From the NCBI GenBank assembly GCA_964647905.1, contig CAZYJR010000006.1, positions 70,935 through 134,934 on the forward strand: DNA of 64,000 bases, written 5' to 3'. This DNA comes from an uncultured Desulfobacterales bacterium. GTDB taxonomy: Bacteria; Desulfobacterota; DSM-4660; Desulfatiglandales; HGW-15. The translations under genes and the position numbers were made by a program. Below the pieces are notes generated by a model that was given only the letters and a program-made list of their open reading frames with translations, did no database searches and had not been told where the DNA came from. Below are positions 46,528 through 55,393 of this stretch, piece by piece (position 1 is the stretch's first letter; each line of letters opens with the position of its first letter).

Positions 46528-49473
46528 ATGACCGAGCGCCTTATAGAGAAGTGGCTGCCCATTGCTGAGTTGGGTGAAGAGAGCATACGGGAGCGTCGCT
46601 CGATGACAGCCCTCCCACCTACTTACTACCTCCACGTATGGTGGGCGCGACGGCCCCTGGTGGCCTCGCGCGCGGCGGTCTTGGCCTCGGTGCTGCCGGC
46701 CGATGCCGACCAGGACAGGTTTATGCACGCTCTGGGGATTCATGGGGATCCGATCAAGACCAAGCGACAGCTTGAACACGCCAAGAGGACTGGAGAAAAC
46801 CTTGGCCTCAACCCGTATGGTTACAAACGTGCCTTCCAATACCATCCAGACAAGGATGAGAAGGAGTGGATCAAGTACGAGACAGGGCGACTAGGTCTCC
46901 AGGACCTCCTAGTGCTTGATCCCACTGCCGGTGGGGGCAGTATTCCTTTCGAATCAACGCGCTTAGGAATCGCCAGCTTGGCCAACGACCTCAACCCGGT
47001 GGCCGGGCTTGTTTTAAGGGCAACTATCGAAGCGCCCATGCGCCATGGCCTTGATGTGCTCTACCAGTTCAATCGCCTTTCTAAGCGCTTCTTAGAATTG
47101 GCTGAGCCTAGATTCCGGGGTGTATTTCCGCCAGAGCCCGAAGATGCCCAAGTGCTTGGCTACCTCTGGAGCCGCACAATAACCTGTCCTTACTGCGACG
47201 GCCTTATCCCGCTTTCTCCCAACTGGCGTCTTGCTCCGGACGGCACCGGCGTGCGCTTGCACCCGAGCACCGGTCCTGGCGAGCGGCGTTGCTCCTTCGA
47301 GATCGTCAAGAAGGCCGAAGAGCAGTCGGAGGGGACCGTCACCGGCGGCAATGCCACATGCCCCTTCCCCGATTGCGGCCGTGTGGTGGACGGCTCCGAG
47401 GTCAAGCGGCAAGCCCAGGCCGGGGGTATGGGCGAGCAGCTCTATGCCGTCGTCTACAAGAAGCGGGTGGAGACCCGTACCAAGAACGGAAAGGTCCGCG
47501 AGAAGTGGGTGCGGGGCTACCGGGCCCCTCGGGAGGAGGACGACAACTCAGATGCGATTAGGAAGGTCCTGGCCCAGAAGCTGCCCGAGTGGGAGGCCCT
47601 GGATATGGTGCCAACTGAGACATACAACTATATGTACTCTGACCGCTCCAAGGTGTATGGAGTGGATTTTTGGCGCGACCTCTTTTCCCCCCGCCAGCTC
47701 CTGGGCCACTGCACCAGTGTGGAGGTCTACCGCGAACTCCTGGAGAAGGCCACGGCCGAGGCCGGGGGCGAGCTACCAGAAGCGACCAAGGCCGCCTTAG
47801 GGTATTTGGCTTTGGGGTTGGATAAGCTCAGAGACTACAACTCCCGTATGACTCGCTGGCACAGCTCCCGACAGGTGATGGTGAACACTTTCGACAGGCA
47901 TGATTTCTCATTCAAGTGGTCTTACGCCGAGATGGCTCCCCTCATAGTAGGCTTGGGCTATGACTGGGCCCTGGAGCAGACGGCCAAGTGTATAGCCGAG
48001 CTGGTGGAACTGGCCCGTCCTGATATAGACGTAAAGAAGGCCCTCAAGCACCCCGACCAGGTCTCCATGCCCAACGGCAACTTCTCACCCCCTCACGTCA
48101 CCGTGACGTGCAAGTCAGCCGACGGCCTGGACCACCTTGGTGATGCCTCGGTGGACGTGGTGGTCATGGACCCCCCTTACTACGACAACGTGATGTACGC
48201 CGAGCTGTCCGATTTTTTCTACGTATGGCTCAAGCGCACCGCCGGATATGTTTACCCCGAGTTCTTCCGGAGGCCGCTGACCGACAAGGAACAGGAGGCC
48301 GTGGCCAACCCGGCCCACTTCAGGGGGCAAAAGGGGGCCAAGATGCTCGCTTACAAGGAGTACCGCGACCGCATGGCCGCGATCTTCTCCGAGAGCAGGC
48401 GGGTGCTCAAGCCCGCCGGTGTCATGACCCTTATGTTCACCCACAAGGCGACCGGCGCATGGGACGCCCTTACCACCGGACTCATGGAGGCGGGCTTTGT
48501 GATAACCGCCAGTTGGCCTGTAAACACAGAGGCTGAAGGGTCCATGCACATCAAGGACAAGTCTGCTGCAAACAGCACGGTCTTCCTGGTCTGCCGCCCG
48601 CGCCCGGAGCGGGCCGATGACGTCGATGTCCCCTACTGGGAAGACCTGGAGCCCAGAGTGAGAACAGCCGTACGCGGGCGCATCAAGGACTTTCAGGGGG
48701 CCGGCATCCGGGGTGTGGATCTATATCTCTCGGCATTCGGTCCCGCTCTCCAGGAGTTCTCTCGGCACTGGCCCGTCAAGAGGGGTACTCCAAGGGAGCG
48801 TCCTGCCGATCTTCAGCGCAAGAGACAGCTTGAGTTTCTCGAAGAGGAGTTCGACCCCTATGTCGCCACCCCGGAGGACGCCCTGGACGCAGCCCGGCGT
48901 GAGGTCAAACGCTGGCGGCTCGAGCAGTTGACCAACGTCCAGCGCCGGGGAGAGCTTGATCCCCTTACGGAGTGGTTTGTGCTGGCCTGGGACGCCTTCA
49001 AGGCCCCTCAGTTCCCATATGATGAAGCCCTGCGCCTGGCCCGGGCCGTAGGGGTGGATATGGACACGCAGGTCATAAAGACCCTGGCAGGGAAGAAGAC
49101 GAGCTCTGTAATTATGTGGGACGCCTCGACCCGTGCGGCAAAGGGCGCCCTGGGGCCGGCAGACGGCAGCCGCTCCATGCTGGACGCCCTTCACCACGCG
49201 GCTCATATGGCCCGGACCCGCACCTTGAATGCAGCCAAAGATCTGATCGACCAGACCGGATTGGCGGCCGAGCCCCGCTTTCTCACGGCGCTGGAGGCGG
49301 TTCTGGAGGTGCTGCCGCCTTCTCGGGCCTATACAGGCCTGGACCCTGCCAGGGCCGCCGAGCCGGCCGCGAGCGACTTCGAGGCCTTGGAGAGCCTGCG
49401 CCGCCTGGCCTTCAGTGAGGAGGTGGATGAGCCACAGCAGCTCTCCTTCTTGAGGGAAGAAGGGAGAGCCTAA
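46528..49473 (+). CDS. DUF1156-type DNA methyltransferase (DPPY; N6-adenine or N4-cytosine class) with zinc ribbons
   Basis: 981 aa. N-terminus WLPIAELGEESIRER..TYYLHVWWARRP (DUF1156 signature). Motif I VLDPTAGGGSIPFES. Cys pairs CPYCDG and CPFPDCG. Motif IV VVVMDPPYY (DPPY at 48169-48180). Confidence 0.9.
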   Translation: MTERLIEKWLPIAELGEESIRERRSMTALPPTYYLHVWWARRPLVASRAAVLASVLPADADQDRFMHALGIHGDPIKTKRQLEHAKRTGENLGLNPYGYKRAFQYHPDKDEKEWIKYETGRLGLQDLLVLDPTAGGGSIPFESTRLGIASLANDLNPVAGLVLRATIEAPMRHGLDVLYQFNRLSKRFLELAEPRFRGVFPPEPEDAQVLGYLWSRTITCPYCDGLIPLSPNWRLAPDGTGVRLHPSTGPGERRCSFEIVKKAEEQSEGTVTGGNATCPFPDCGRVVDGSEVKRQAQAGGMGEQLYAVVYKKRVETRTKNGKVREKWVRGYRAPREEDDNSDAIRKVLAQKLPEWEALDMVPTETYNYMYSDRSKVYGVDFWRDLFSPRQLLGHCTSVEVYRELLEKATAEAGGELPEATKAALGYLALGLDKLRDYNSRMTRWHSSRQVMVNTFDRHDFSFKWSYAEMAPLIVGLGYDWALEQTAKCIAELVELARPDIDVKKALKHPDQVSMPNGNFSPPHVTVTCKSADGLDHLGDASVDVVVMDPPYYDNVMYAELSDFFYVWLKRTAGYVYPEFFRRPLTDKEQEAVANPAHFRGQKGAKMLAYKEYRDRMAAIFSESRRVLKPAGVMTLMFTHKATGAWDALTTGLMEAGFVITASWPVNTEAEGSMHIKDKSAANSTVFLVCRPRPERADDVDVPYWEDLEPRVRTAVRGRIKDFQGAGIRGVDLYLSAFGPALQEFSRHWPVKRGTPRERPADLQRKRQLEFLEEEFDPYVATPEDALDAARREVKRWRLEQLTNVQRRGELDPLTEWFVLAWDAFKAPQFPYDEALRLARAVGVDMDTQVIKTLAGKKTSSVIMWDASTRAAKGALGPADGSRSMLDALHHAAHMARTRTLNAAKDLIDQTGLAAEPRFLTALEAVLEVLPPSRAYTGLDPARAAEPAASDFEALESLRRLAFSEEVDEPQQLSFLREEGRA

Positions 49474-49489
49474 TGATTTCCGGGGAGGA

Positions 49490-52400
49490 GTGATCGTGGC
49501 CTGCTTGGCCGACCGGAAATGGGAGACCTACTACGCACCTGGTTATGCCGACCTGGTCCGTGACTTCTACGAGCCCGCCCTCGCCTGCGCTGTTCGCTAT
49601 GACCGCTCCACGGGCTACTTCAACGCCCCGGCTCTGGCCTTGGCCATGCGCGGGCTGGAGGGCCTCATTGCCAACCAGGGCCATATGCGGCTGCTGGTGG
49701 GCTGCACCCTGGATCAGGCCGAGGTCGAGGCGATAGAGAAGGGCTATACCCTGAGAGATACGGTGGAAGCCCACCTGCTTGAGATACCCCTGGAGGCGCC
49801 GGACCAGGCCGCCTACGAGGCCCTGGAGCTCCTTGCCTGGATGGTCGCCAAGGGATACCTGGAGGTCAAGGTGGCGGTGCCCTGCGACTCGTCCCGGCGG
49901 CCTTTGCCTTCGGTGGGGATATTCCACGCAAAGGCCGGGATCATTGAAGACAAGGTGGGCGAGAGGCTGGTCTTCAGCGGCAGCATAAACGAGACCGTCT
50001 CCGGGTGGCTGCACAATTACGAGGCCTTTCATGTTTTCACCAGCTGGGAGGGCGGCGAGAAGCATGTAGATGCAGAAGAGCGCGAGTTTCAGGCCCTGTG
50101 GGCGGATAAATCCAAGCATGTTGTGGTTATTGACGTTCCGGCGGCCAAGCGGGACCAGCTGCTCCAGTTCATGCCCAAGGACGACAAGCCCGCCCGCATC
50201 AAGCGGTTGGAGGAGTCTGCCAAGGACAATATGCTTTCGTCTCCTCCGGAGGAAGAGCAGCCTGATCCAGAGCCTCCAGTCTCTGAGGCAAATCCCCGAC
50301 GGGTGGTGTGGTCGTTCCTGCGCATTGCTCCCCGATTGCCCGAGGGCGGTGAGCGCGTGGGAGAGGCTACTTCGGCCGTCACTCCCTGGCCCCACCAGGT
50401 GCGAGCCTTTGAGCGGATGTACCGGAAATGGCCCCCGCGGCTCCTTATAGCCGATGAGGTGGGTCTAGGAAAAACCATCCAGGCGGGCATGCTCCTCAGG
50501 CAGGCCTGGCTGGCCGGGCGGGCAAAGCGGGTGCTTATCCTGGCTCCCAAGGCCCTTCTGGGCCAGTGGCAGATAGAGCTCAGGGAAAAATTCAATCTCA
50601 ACTGGCCGATCTACGACGGCAACCGCCTGACCTGGTGCCAGGCCCCCGGCCTTCGTGGTCCCATCTCCCGCACTGTAACCAGCGAAGCCTGGCACCATGA
50701 GCCCTTTGTCATCACCTCGAGTCAGTTGATGCGCCGACGAGACCGCGCCCAAGAGCTTCTCCATGGAGCCGAGCCCTGGGACCTGGTGGCGCTGGATGAG
50801 GCCCACCACGCCCGCAGACGCGCGGGAGGCCTGGGCCAGGACGACCGGCCCAACCAGCTCCTGCGCCTGATGCGGGAGCTGCGGGACTGTACCCAAGGGC
50901 TGATCCTCCTCACCGCCACCCCCATGCAGGTAAGCCCGGTGGAGGTCTGGGATCTCCTCGACCTCTTGGGACTCCCCCCGGCATGGGAAAAGGAGGCCTT
51001 CCTTAAGTATTTCGAGACAGCGGCCAAGCCCAGCCCTTCTCATGAAGAGATGCGGTACCTTGCAGGTCTCTTTCGTTCTGTTGAGGCCTCCTTCGGTGCG
51101 GTCGCGCCCGAGGAGGCAAAGCTCGTTACCGGAATCGAGAGCAACCTCAAGGTGAAAAAGCTGATCGGGGCGCTCCATGACGAGTCCTCCATACCAATAA
51201 AACAACTGAGCAGCGAAGAGCGAAAGGCCGTCTTGAGGCTTCTCAAGGCCAACACTCCTGTCCGGAGGCTCATCTCCCGCCATACCCGAAGGCTCCTGCG
51301 CCGCTATTATGAGGCCGGCAAGATATCGACCCCTATCCCGGCCCGGGAGGTGGCTGACCGCTTTGTATCGCTCTCCGAACAGGAGGCCCAGGTCTATGCG
51401 GCTATGGAGGATTACATCAGCAGCACCTATAACAACGCCTCCCAGGAACGCCGCACTGCGGTGGGCTTTGTCATGACCGTTTACCGCCGCCGCCTGGCCA
51501 GCAGCTTTTACTCCCTGGCCAACACGCTCAATAAGCGTCTTGCGGCCCTCAAGCCCGGTCCCGCTTCCCTAATGGACCCTGCCCGGATCGAGGAAGATCT
51601 CTCCGATGACGAGGTCCAGCCCGAGATCATGGACGTCGAGACAGCTCAGGAACTGGAGGCCGAGGCCCTCACCGCTGAGGAGATAGGCGATCTCCAGGGC
51701 CTTCTGGAATCGGTGCGCCGCCTGCCCACCGATACCAAGGCCACCGCCCTCCTGGAGGCCGTCAACGAGGTGCGCGCAGACGGCTACAGCCAGGTCATGG
51801 TCTTCACCCAGTACACAGACACCATGGACTTCCTGCGGGAGTTCCTGGTGAAGCATTCTTCCTTGCGGGTCATGTGTTTCTCCGGGAGGGGCGGGGAGGT
51901 ACTTGGCAGCGACAGACGCTGGAATCCGGTCACCCGCGACGAGATCAAGCGGCGCTTCCAGGAGAGGTGGGCCGATATCCTGGTCTGTACCGATGCAGCC
52001 GCCGAGGGCCTGAACTTCCAGTTCTGCGGCGCACTGGTCAACTACGACATGCCCTGGAACCCCATGAAGGTGGAGCAACGCATCGGCCGAATCGACCGTA
52101 TGGGCCAGAAGCACGACAAGGTCAGGATCGTGAATCTGCACTATGAAAACACGGTGGAGACCGATGTCTACCTGGCCCTTCGCGAGCGCATCAACTTGTT
52201 CGAGACCTTTGTGGGCGCGCTCCAGCCCATCCTGAGCCGGCTCCCAAGGGCCATAAGAGACGTGGCATTTACCGGCCGCGACGAGAGGGAACGCGAGAAA
52301 GCCGCCCTGGTGGACGACTTGGCCAGAGAGGCGAAGGAGGCCGAGCAGGCGAGCTTCGACATAGACGCGGTTACCGAGGGCGAGGTGGAGGAGCGCCCCC

Positions 52401-52693
52401 GGCCCCCCGCACTCTACGGCCTTACCGAGTTGGGCCGCATACTGACCCGGCCGGACTTGATGCCGCCCGGATGCGAAGTCAGCCCTGCCGGTACCAAGGA
52501 TCACGCCTATCTCGCCCCGGGCATGGACGCACCGGTACGGGTCACAACAGCCGCCGACTTCTACGAGCAGCACGCAGACAGCGTGGAGCTGTGGTCCCCC
52601 GGATCCCCCCTGTTTCCCGACGTGGCTGAAGAAGGCACAGACGAGAATGTCAATCGGGAGAGATTTCTCATGGTGTTAGGCCAAGATTCTTGA
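49490..52693 (+). CDS. PLD-family nuclease domain fused to an SNF2-family helicase
   Basis: 1067 aa. HKD motif FHAKAGIIEDKVGERLVFSGSINET (His codon at 49925). SNF2 motif I ADEVGLGKT (50453-), motif II LDEAHHARR (50795-), and motif VI QRIGRIDRMGQ. The start may be GTG 49490 or GTG 49496 (GGAGGA upstream). Confidence 0.9.
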   Translation: MIVACLADRKWETYYAPGYADLVRDFYEPALACAVRYDRSTGYFNAPALALAMRGLEGLIANQGHMRLLVGCTLDQAEVEAIEKGYTLRDTVEAHLLEIPLEAPDQAAYEALELLAWMVAKGYLEVKVAVPCDSSRRPLPSVGIFHAKAGIIEDKVGERLVFSGSINETVSGWLHNYEAFHVFTSWEGGEKHVDAEEREFQALWADKSKHVVVIDVPAAKRDQLLQFMPKDDKPARIKRLEESAKDNMLSSPPEEEQPDPEPPVSEANPRRVVWSFLRIAPRLPEGGERVGEATSAVTPWPHQVRAFERMYRKWPPRLLIADEVGLGKTIQAGMLLRQAWLAGRAKRVLILAPKALLGQWQIELREKFNLNWPIYDGNRLTWCQAPGLRGPISRTVTSEAWHHEPFVITSSQLMRRRDRAQELLHGAEPWDLVALDEAHHARRRAGGLGQDDRPNQLLRLMRELRDCTQGLILLTATPMQVSPVEVWDLLDLLGLPPAWEKEAFLKYFETAAKPSPSHEEMRYLAGLFRSVEASFGAVAPEEAKLVTGIESNLKVKKLIGALHDESSIPIKQLSSEERKAVLRLLKANTPVRRLISRHTRRLLRRYYEAGKISTPIPAREVADRFVSLSEQEAQVYAAMEDYISSTYNNASQERRTAVGFVMTVYRRRLASSFYSLANTLNKRLAALKPGPASLMDPARIEEDLSDDEVQPEIMDVETAQELEAEALTAEEIGDLQGLLESVRRLPTDTKATALLEAVNEVRADGYSQVMVFTQYTDTMDFLREFLVKHSSLRVMCFSGRGGEVLGSDRRWNPVTRDEIKRRFQERWADILVCTDAAAEGLNFQFCGALVNYDMPWNPMKVEQRIGRIDRMGQKHDKVRIVNLHYENTVETDVYLALRERINLFETFVGALQPILSRLPRAIRDVAFTGRDEREREKAALVDDLAREAKEAEQASFDIDAVTEGEVEERPRPPALYGLTELGRILTRPDLMPPGCEVSPAGTKDHAYLAPGMDAPVRVTTAADFYEQHADSVELWSPGSPLFPDVAEEGTDENVNRERFLMVLGQDS

Positions 52694-52888
52694 ACTGGGC
52701 CGGTATGCCGGCAGCAGGAAACAATGAGCCCGCATCCCTCGGGATTTCTAAATCCCCCGAGCAGGTTGTGAGAGCCTATAGGAGGAGCAGTTGGCAATCC
52801 AGATCGAGATCGCCTTTCGCCATCAAGACACTGCTTGGTGAAGACGAACCGCCCGCGGACACCGTTCTTGGGATCATGAAGGATTATC

Positions 52889-53614
52889 GTGAATACTAAG
52901 CGAGACCAGATCGAGGTGAGCGGCATCCAGGTGGAGGTAGTCAGGAAGCGCATCAAGAACCTCTACGTGCGCATCTACCCGCCGGAGGGAAGAGTGCGTG
53001 CAACCGTGCCTGTTGGCCTCAGTGATGAAGAAATCCGCTCGGCAATCGTGTCCCGCTCGGAGTGGATCCTGAGGCACCGGGAGAAGTTGAGCAAGGAGCC
53101 CCAACCCGGATACACGATGGATACGGGCGAGATCCACCATTTCCAAGGGCGTGGATATAGGCTTCAGGTGATTGAGCATCTCGGGCCGCCATCAGTCCGC
53201 ATAGTCGATAACACGACCCTCCAGTTGATCGTGCGCCCTGGAACTGGGAGGGGCAAGCGGGAGGCGGTACTTCAGCAGTGGTATCGCCAGATGCTCCGGA
53301 AACGGATCCGGGAATTGATCCCCCAATGGCAACCTGTGATCGGGGTCGAAGTCGCCGATTGGGGCATCAAGAAGATGAAGACGCTCTGGGGCAGCTGTAA
53401 TACCAGGGCGAGAAGGGTTTGGGTGAATCTGGAGCTGGCCAAGAAGCCGCCGGAGTGCCTCGAATACATCCTGGTCCATGAGATGCTCCACTTGCTCGAG
53501 CGTCACCACAACGAGCGATTCCGAGAACTCATGAACAAGCTCATGCCGCAGTGGCGGCTCCATCGTGACAAGCTGAACCAGACGCCCCTATCGCATGAGG
53601 ACTGGAGCTACTAG
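52889..53614 (+). CDS. DUF45/YgjP-like zinc metallopeptidase (M48-like, HExxH)
   Basis: 241 aa, GTG start. WGSCN motif and HEMLH (53477-53491), as in YgjP-type proteins that often accompany type I R-M and helicase loci. Confidence 0.8.
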   Translation: MNTKRDQIEVSGIQVEVVRKRIKNLYVRIYPPEGRVRATVPVGLSDEEIRSAIVSRSEWILRHREKLSKEPQPGYTMDTGEIHHFQGRGYRLQVIEHLGPPSVRIVDNTTLQLIVRPGTGRGKREAVLQQWYRQMLRKRIRELIPQWQPVIGVEVADWGIKKMKTLWGSCNTRARRVWVNLELAKKPPECLEYILVHEMLHLLERHHNERFRELMNKLMPQWRLHRDKLNQTPLSHEDWSY

Positions 53615-53645
53615 CCGGCCGGGAGGGCATGGTAGCCTTCGACTC

Positions 53646-54272
53646 CTACAGCTCATTCGCATACACGCTCCGGATCTCCTCCGGCTGCACACATAGGTAG
53701 TCTAGCGTTTGCCGCTGCGTACTGTGATTGAAGCACACCATGAGCTCAGGCAGCCCGACCCCGAAAGTGACTCATTGGTGATACCCCCAGGTCTTCCGGA
53801 GCGTGTGGGAGCCGTAGTTGCCCTTGAGGTTAATCGCCCGGCACCACGACTTCACGAGCCTGTTCACACTCGGCGCGGTCAGAACGGCACCACGCTGGCT
53901 CCGGAAGAGGAGGTCCTGGTATGCCCCGGAGGCCAAGAGCGCTCTCACGGCCTCCACGCAGGCCTTGTTGAGGGTGATGCGGCGTGTCTTGCCGGTCTTG
54001 CGCTCATGGATCTCGATCTCGTCCATGGGCTTGAGGTTGAGTACCTGGCCGGCGCGGATGTTGAGGAGGTCGCTCGCGCGGAGGTTGGTGTTGATCCCCA
54101 GTGTGAATAGGGCCAGGTCACGGGGCTTGTCCTTCAGTAGCCGGCGGATGGTCGCGATGTCCCTCGTGGACCGGATGGGCTCGACCTTGATGCGGGAGCC
54201 TTTGGGCGGGTGGTTGGGGTTGCCTTTGGGTACGGCAATTCCTCCCGGTGAAAATGTTGAGTTTATCGAATA
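53646..54272 (-). pseudogene. small tyrosine recombinase/integrase with in-frame TGA and no canonical start
   Basis: The continuous frame reads ..PKGNPNHPPKGSRIKVEPIRSTRDIATIRRLLKDKPRDLALFTLGINTNLRASDLL..GSHTLRKTWGYHQ-TGA(53774-53772)-VTFGVGLPELMVCFNHSTQRQTLDYLCV... Catalytic R, HxxR and the Tyr (TLDYL) lie on opposite sides of the stop. No ATG/GTG/TTG lies upstream of Met 54026. Confidence 0.7.
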
Positions 54273-54328
54273 TTATGCACTAAAGTTGGCGAGATCAGCT
54301 CTCGATCTGATCTACCCGGGGAGCCGTC

Positions 54329-54504
54329 ATGAAGGATTCACCTGAGCTCTGCGACATGTGTGGACACCACGTTGCGATTCAGCAGAAGGCGCATATCGTT
54401 AAGGGCCGAAGAAGGGAGCGAACTTGATGATGCTGTGCCCAAGCTGTCACCTCATGTTCGACACGCACCTGAAACCCAAGATGTGCAAGGGCCTAAGGGA
54501 TTAG
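54329..54504 (+). pseudogene. small HNH endonuclease, frameshifted
   Basis: MKDSPELCDMCGHHVAIQQKAHIVKG.. stops at 54425-54427. The motif continues in another frame from 54421 (NLMMLCPSCHLMFDTHL..). Together these give C..CG..H..N..CP.CH, typical of HNH. Confidence 0.5.
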
Positions 54505-54666
54505 GGAGTGTCGGGGCTCGCACCGTCGCGGGAGATGGCGATCTAGGAGGTGGCTGGCAAGAACGCCGCCGCAAGGATTAGGGCGACAGAAGACAAAAAA
54601 AGGCATCAAGCCGGGGGACGCTGAGGAACAGGTAGTCAGGTAGGTGAGAGCCAGAGGGGGTACAGC

Positions 54667-55146
54667 ATGATCGAACAGGAAACGGTTGACATCCAGAGCC
54701 GGGATTTCTGGTTCAAGGTCGTCGAGATGCTCCAGCAGAACTGGGCACTGATCGAGGAGGATCCCGAAGGCGGCGTCACGGTGTATTTCATACACGATGG
54801 ATCGGGCGTATTCGACCAGATGGATTTCACTTCGCGCGAGGAGGCTGGTGCCGCCCTCCGCCGGAACGGCTTCGAACGGTATGAGAAGGACGTGGAATGG
54901 CAGAAGTTCATCGCGCCGCCGCGGCCGCCGTTCTGGAAAGCTGCGCACCCGAACGGCCCGATTTACTCGTCCGGTCGGTTCTGGAGATACCCAGCATGTT
55001 GTGGTAGAGTAAGTGGTAGAGTGAGCGGCCGAAACGGCTCCGCAGCCGCTCCAGCACCTGGCCCCTGTGTTAGAAGCAGCTACACCTTCAGCCTCAAGGC
55101 CCACCATGGCGGTTCCAAAGAGACAACTCACCGAATGTGTATATGA
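54667..55146 (+). CDS. hypothetical protein
   Basis: 159-aa ORF. The first 115 aa or so look protein-like (..FTSREEAGAALRRNGFERYEKDVEWQKFIAPPRPPFW..HPNGPIYSSGRFW). The tail overlaps the IHF-like gene and contains a 12-nt tandem repeat (55001-55024). Confidence 0.4.
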   Translation: MIEQETVDIQSRDFWFKVVEMLQQNWALIEEDPEGGVTVYFIHDGSGVFDQMDFTSREEAGAALRRNGFERYEKDVEWQKFIAPPRPPFWKAAHPNGPIYSSGRFWRYPACCGRVSGRVSGRNGSAAAPAPGPCVRSSYTFSLKAHHGGSKETTHRMCI

Positions 55147-55393
55147 TCGATGTGGCTTTCGCATGCGGGAAGCTGCAGCTGCCGTCGAGGCCTTGCTGGA
55201 GCTGATCAAGTCGGAACTCGAATCCGGAGAGGACATCCTGATATCTGGCTTCGGGAAGTTCTACGTGAGGGATAAGCCCACAAGGCGGGGCCGGAACCCC
55301 CAGACAGGGGAGGAACTCACATTGGAGTCGCGGCGATTGGTGACGTTCAAGCCATCGGGGGTGCTGAGAAGGAAGCTGAATGGGCGGGGCTGA
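55106..55393 (+). CDS. integration host factor / HU-family DNA-bending protein
   Basis: Start set at ATG 55106. GFGKFYVRDKPTRRGRNPQTGEELTLESRRLVTFKPSGVLRRKLN is the IHF/HU beta-arm signature. Confidence 0.8.
   Translation: MAVPKRQLTECVYDRCGFRMREAAAAVEALLELIKSELESGEDILISGFGKFYVRDKPTRRGRNPQTGEELTLESRRLVTFKPSGVLRRKLNGRG

Noticed and set aside
43432-52573. Long minus-strand ORFs inside the defence operon (43432..44355, 44899..45453, 48115..48549, 49412..50395, 50465..51283, 51569..52573)
   Set aside because: They are antisense to genes with clear catalytic motifs. No independent motifs or RBS are present.
52690-52899. 69-aa ORF in the gap between the helicase and the DUF45 gene
   Set aside because: It is short, has no RBS, and overlaps the DUF45 start. 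It is likely non-coding spacer or promoter region.
53772-53774. In-frame TGA of the integrase as a second selenocysteine codon
   Set aside because: The position corresponds to a basic residue after HxxR..GYHQ in this recombinase family, not to a redox Cys. I see no convincing downstream hairpin, and the gene also lacks a start. A pseudogene is the simpler reading.
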